DNA of 64,000 nucleotides from Phyllobates terribilis (Eukaryota). Every line of letters begins with the position of its first letter. Position 1 is the first letter of the stretch. The stretch covers positions 394,878,001 to 394,942,000 of the forward strand of contig NW_027362764.1 in NCBI RefSeq assembly GCF_046119375.1, written 5' to 3'. The notes below the pieces were generated by a model that saw only the letters and a program-made list of their open reading frames with translations, made no database searches and was not told where the DNA came from. Positions 59,410-64,000 of the stretch are shown one piece after another. The position numbers were made by a program, and so were the translations under genes.

Positions 59410-61570
59410 TCTATTAGTCAATCTATACTGACCTCCATCAGGTTGCAAATTGAATATAATTTTTTTCTGCATCTAGCTCTGAAAAAATATTTGGGCTTCT
59501 AGCAGTGTGTGGGACTTGTTCTATTAGTCCATCTATACTGACCTCCATCAGGTTGCAAACTGAATATAATTTTTTTCTGCATCTAGCTCTGAAAAAATAT
59601 TTGGCCTTCTAGCAGTGTGTGGGACTTGTTCTATTAGTCCATCTATACTGACCTCCATCACGCTGCAAATTCAAAATAATTTTTTGTCTGCATCTAGCTC
59701 TGAAAAAATATTTGGCCTTCTAGCAGTGTGTGGGACTTTCTCTATTAGTCCATCTATACTGACCTTCATCAGGTTGCAAATTAAAAATAATTTTTATCTG
59801 CATCTACCTCTGAAAAAATATTTGGGCTTCTAGCTGTGTGTGGGACTTGTTCTATTAGTCCATCTATACTGACCTCCATCAGGTTGCAAACTGAATATAA
59901 TTTTTTTCTGTATCTAGCTCTGAAAAAATATTTGGCCTTCTAGCAGTGTGTGGGACTTTCTCTATTAGTCCATCTATACTGACCTCCATCAGGTTGCAAA
60001 TTAAAAATAATTTTTATCTGCATCTAGCTCTGAAAAAATATTTGGCCTTCTAGCAGTGTGTGGGACTTTCTCTATTGGTCCATCTATACTGACCTCCATC
60101 AGGTTGCAAATTAAAAATAATTTTTTGTCTGCATCTAGCTCTGAAAAAATATTTGGCCTTCTAGCAGTGTGTGGGACTTTCTCTATTAGTCCATCTATAC
60201 TGACCTCCATCAGGCTGCAAATTAAAAATAATTTTTATCTGCATCTACCTCTGAAAAAATATTTGGCCTTCTAGCTGTGTGTGGGACTTGTTCTATTAGT
60301 CGATCTATACTGACCTCCATCAGGTTGCAAACTGAATATAATTTTTTTCAGCATCTAGCTCTGAAAAAATATTTGGTCTTCTAGCAGTGTGTGGGACTTT
60401 CTCTATTAGTCCATCTATACTGACCTCCATCAGGTTGCAAATTAAAAATAATTTATATCTGCATCTAGCTCTGAAAAAATATTTGGCCTTCTAACAGTGT
60501 GTGGGACTTTCTCTATTAGTCCATCTATACTGACCTCCATCAGGTTGCAAATTAAAAATAATTTTTTGTCTGCATCTAGCTCTGAAAAAATATTTGGCCT
60601 TCTAGCAGTGTGTGGGACTTTCTCTATTAGTCCATCTATACTGACCTCCATCAGGTTGCAAACTGAATATATTTTTTTTCTGTATCTACCTCTGAAAAAA
60701 TATTGGGCTTCTAGCTGTGTGTGGGACTTGTTCTATTAGTCCATCTATACTGACCTCCATCAGGTTGCAAACTGAATATAATTTTTTTCTGCATCTAGCT
60801 CTGAAAAAATATTTGGCCTTCTAGCAGTGTGTGGGACTTTCTCTATTAGTCCATCTATACTGACCTCCATCAGATTGCAAATTAAAAATAATTTATATCT
60901 GCATCTAGCTCTGAAAAAATATTTGGCCTTCTAGCAGTGTGTGGGACTTTCTCTATTAGTCCATCTATACTGACCTCCATCAGGTTGCAAATTAAAAATA
61001 ATTTTTATCTGCATCTAGCTCTGAAAAAATATTTGGCCTTCTAGCTGTGTGTGGGACTTGTTCTATTAGTCCATCTATACTGACCTCCATCAGGTTGCAA
61101 ACTGAATATAATTTTTTTCTGCATCTAGCTCTGAAAAAATATTTGGCCTTCTAGCAGTGTGTGGGACTTTCTCTATTAGTCCATCTATACTGACCTCCAT
61201 CAGGTTGCAAATTAAAAATAATTTTTTGTCTGCATCTAGCTCTGAAAAAATATTTGGCCTTCTAGCAGTGTGTGGGACTTTCTCTATTAGTCCATCTATA
61301 CTGACCTCCATCAGGTTGCAAACTGAATATATTTTTTTTCTGCATCTACCTCTGAAAAATTATTTGGGCTTCTAGCTGTGTGTAGGACTTGTTCTATTAG
61401 TCCATCTATACTGACCTCCATCAGGTTGCAAACTGAATACAATTTTTTTCTGCATCTACCTCTGAAAAAATATTTGGGCTTCTAGCTGTGTGAGGGACTT
61501 GTTCTTTTAGTCCATCTATACTGACCTCCATCAGGTTGCAAATTGAATATAATTTTTTTCTGCATCTAAC
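59410..61570. repeat. ~109-bp tandem array x ~20 in B2
   Basis: Reverse complement of the B1 array unit; ~20 CTCCATCAGGTTGCAAA-type cores counted. Confidence 0.92.
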
Positions 61571-61684
61571 CCAGCCAATAGTTTTGGCCTAATACCACAG
61601 TTTGGCCACTCAGCTCTGCTCGGTTCCCATCCATTGTTTTTTTGTGCAAACAACTCCAGAGTTGTGAATTAGTTAACCACCAAA

Positions 61685-64000
61685 ATGAGTGGAAAAAGGC
61701 CTGCTGCTGGTGGAAAGGGGATTAGGCGTTTTGGGAAGGGGAAAAAAGGTTGTGTCCGTGGGGTAGGTGTTAAAGCAACAGTAACATCTGCAGAAGAAAG
61801 ACCATCTTCCATCCAAACTAAAATGTCTACTTCTTTTAGCGGACAATGTGATAAGATCCCTTTCTTACGGCCACGCCAATCGCTACAAATTCCAGATGAG
61901 GCACAAAAACAGCAGGTGCTTCAACGGATATCAAGTGCTCCTTTAAGTGGGCTCTCCTCCACATCAACTTCAACATCACAAATACTTCAGTCCTCAAAGG
62001 TGTCACCCCAATCGCACTTGCTTCCTCACAGCTCCCAAATCTCCAGCTGCCCGTCTGAGTATGAGGTAGAACAGATGGTTGAGTCTGCAGAGCTGTTTAC
62101 TCATACTATAGCCTGGGAATCAGAGGTCGACTCCAGCGCTTCTGTGAATCCAGACGAGGAAATGATCTGCACTGATGCCCAGAATCTTTATGAGTCGGAT
62201 CCAGGACCAGACGTAGAAGGTTCTGACCATAATGTAGACCCTCATTCCCAAACTGTAACTCCTTTTGGTGGAGACAATGAGGAAGACGATGATGAGACTC
62301 AAATACCTGATTGGAGTGACAACTTTAGTTTTTTGTCAGGGCAGGAACAGGTTGGCTCTGAGGACGACGGGTGTGATAACGCACAGGGTGATGATGATGA
62401 GGTTGGAGATCCCACTTACTGTCAACCCACAGTCAGCCAAGAGATGAGGTCAGCAGAGGAGGTGGAGGAAGATGCTAGTGACGACGAGGTCAGGTTGCGC
62501 CTTCCTGGACAGAGACGTAGTACTGGAAGCACGTCAACAACTGCATCCTCAAACACAACTCTGCCTCTCACCACAAGTCGTGGTGGCTCTTCAGGTCGCA
62601 TGGGTGCTAAGCCTTGCATAGCCTGGGCATTTTTTCAGATCGATAAAGATGACCCAACTCGTGTTATCTGTAACATTTGTCAGCAAAAGCTATGTAGAGG
62701 CCAAAAAATACATAGTTTGAGTACTTCATGCATGAACCGGCACATGGACATGAAGCATAAGTTGCAGTGGGAAGCTCAGTGTGCTACAATGCGGCCTAGC
62801 CGGCCGGGCCAACCACCGTCTGCCATATCTTGTGCATCCGCGGCCTCTTCATCCTCTGTGACTGGGGGGACAGCAGTCACACCTGTTTTGGGGCGCAGAC
62901 CTGCCACCTCTTTACCCGCAACAGCCAGCGTGATTGGCAGGTCATCATTTTCTTTGGAGGTGGTAACACCAGCTGGTGTTGAGCGCTGTCCGACATCGAT
63001 AGCACCACCTTTGGATCAAGGCAACCTAACATGTCCGCCTGCATCTTCCTCACAGACCGGCAGTTTGCCGGGGACACCCTTATCAACCCCGTCTAAGCAC
63101 AATAGCCAGCCCTCGGTCCCTCAGATGTGGACAAGTATAAGACCATTTCCTCCTAGCCATGAGAAAGCTAAGAGGTTGAATTTCACCATCTGCAAGCTCA
63201 TGGCTACAGAAATGCTGCCTTTCCGCCTGGTGTACACAGAGGATTTTCGAGACCTTATGTCCGTCGCAGTGCCCCAGTACCAGATGCCCAGTCGGCACTA
63301 CTTCTCAAAGAAACATCACCGCTTCTTTGAGAAACTCTGTGTGTGACAGGGTGCATTTCACCACAGACACTTGGACGAGTAGGCATGGACAGGGGCGTTA
63401 CATGTCGCTGACTGGGCACTGGGTAACTATGGTGACAGCAGGACAAGGGGCTGCTGTCCAAGTCTTGCCGTCCCCACGAGTTGTGCGTCAATCCTCTTTA
63501 TGTCAAAGTTCCTCCACTGCTTCTGCCTCCTCAACCTCCTCTCGGTCTTCCACCTGCACCCAAAGCCTGTCTGGTCATGCCACAAGCTTTCTAACTGCGC
63601 AGAAGGGATCCTGCACACCTCCTTACTATGCTGGCAGTAGGGCTCAACGTCATCAGGCGGTTTTTACTTTGAAATGTCTGGGAAATGTGAGTCACACAGC
63701 TGAGGAGTTGTGGTCAGCTCTGGAGAACCAATTTCATGAATGGTTGTCTCCACTGGACCTGAAACCAGGGAAGGCCGTGTGCGACAATGCTGCAAACCTG
63801 GGTGCGGCCCTTCGCCGGGGCAATGTCACACACGTGCCTTGTATGGCTCACGTGTTGAACCTGGTTGTCCAGCAATTTTTAGCCCACTATCCCAGACTAT
63901 ATGGCCTTCTGCAGAGGGCACGGTCGCTGTGTGCTCACTTCCGCCATTCGCATCCCGCAGCTCAGCGACTTACATCTCTACAGAAGTCGTTGGGCCTGCC
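61685..64000 (+). pseudogene. B2 transposase, frameshifted by a 35-bp deletion at ~63312
   Basis: ORF matches B1 closely to ...HYFSKK, then stops at 63346; downstream motifs (CDNAANL, CMAH) continue in another frame. Confidence 0.92.

Larger units (their letters stand above)
58493..64000 (+). mobile_element. hAT element B2, 5' part (runs off window); inverted sister of B1
   Basis: TAGAGATGAGCG terminus; 58493-64000 is near-identical to the reverse complement of ~21400-26848. Confidence 0.93.

Overview
Eukaryotic, transposon-saturated genomic DNA. The repeat repertoire suggests a frog (inference). No host gene is confidently recognisable; there is one weak exon-like island at ~46.7 kb. From left to right: the 3' part of a young chromodomain Ty3/Gypsy element with open pol and a complete 3' LTR; two solo LTRs; nested TTAA piggyBac-like elements; and a 26-kb Ac-family hAT element (A, 11837-37810, TSD ACAGTGAC). 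A's decayed transposase gene is split by an 11.25-kb hAT (B1, 15599-26848, TSD TTCACCAC) with an intact 1233-aa transposase. B1's 3' region holds an 18S rRNA fragment, an L1 fragment, a solo LTR and a DD37E Tc1-like element. Large tandem arrays (108, 203 and 199 bp units) lie inside the hATs. A decayed hAT (C) contains a 554-bp tandem insert with two hammerhead-ribozyme motifs (retrozyme or Penelope pLTR type) and abuts an RTE LINE. The right end is a hAT-in-hAT-in-hAT stack (D1 > D2 > B2); B2 is an inverted, frameshifted sister copy of B1. All coordinates and TSDs were read by eye; no database searches were run.
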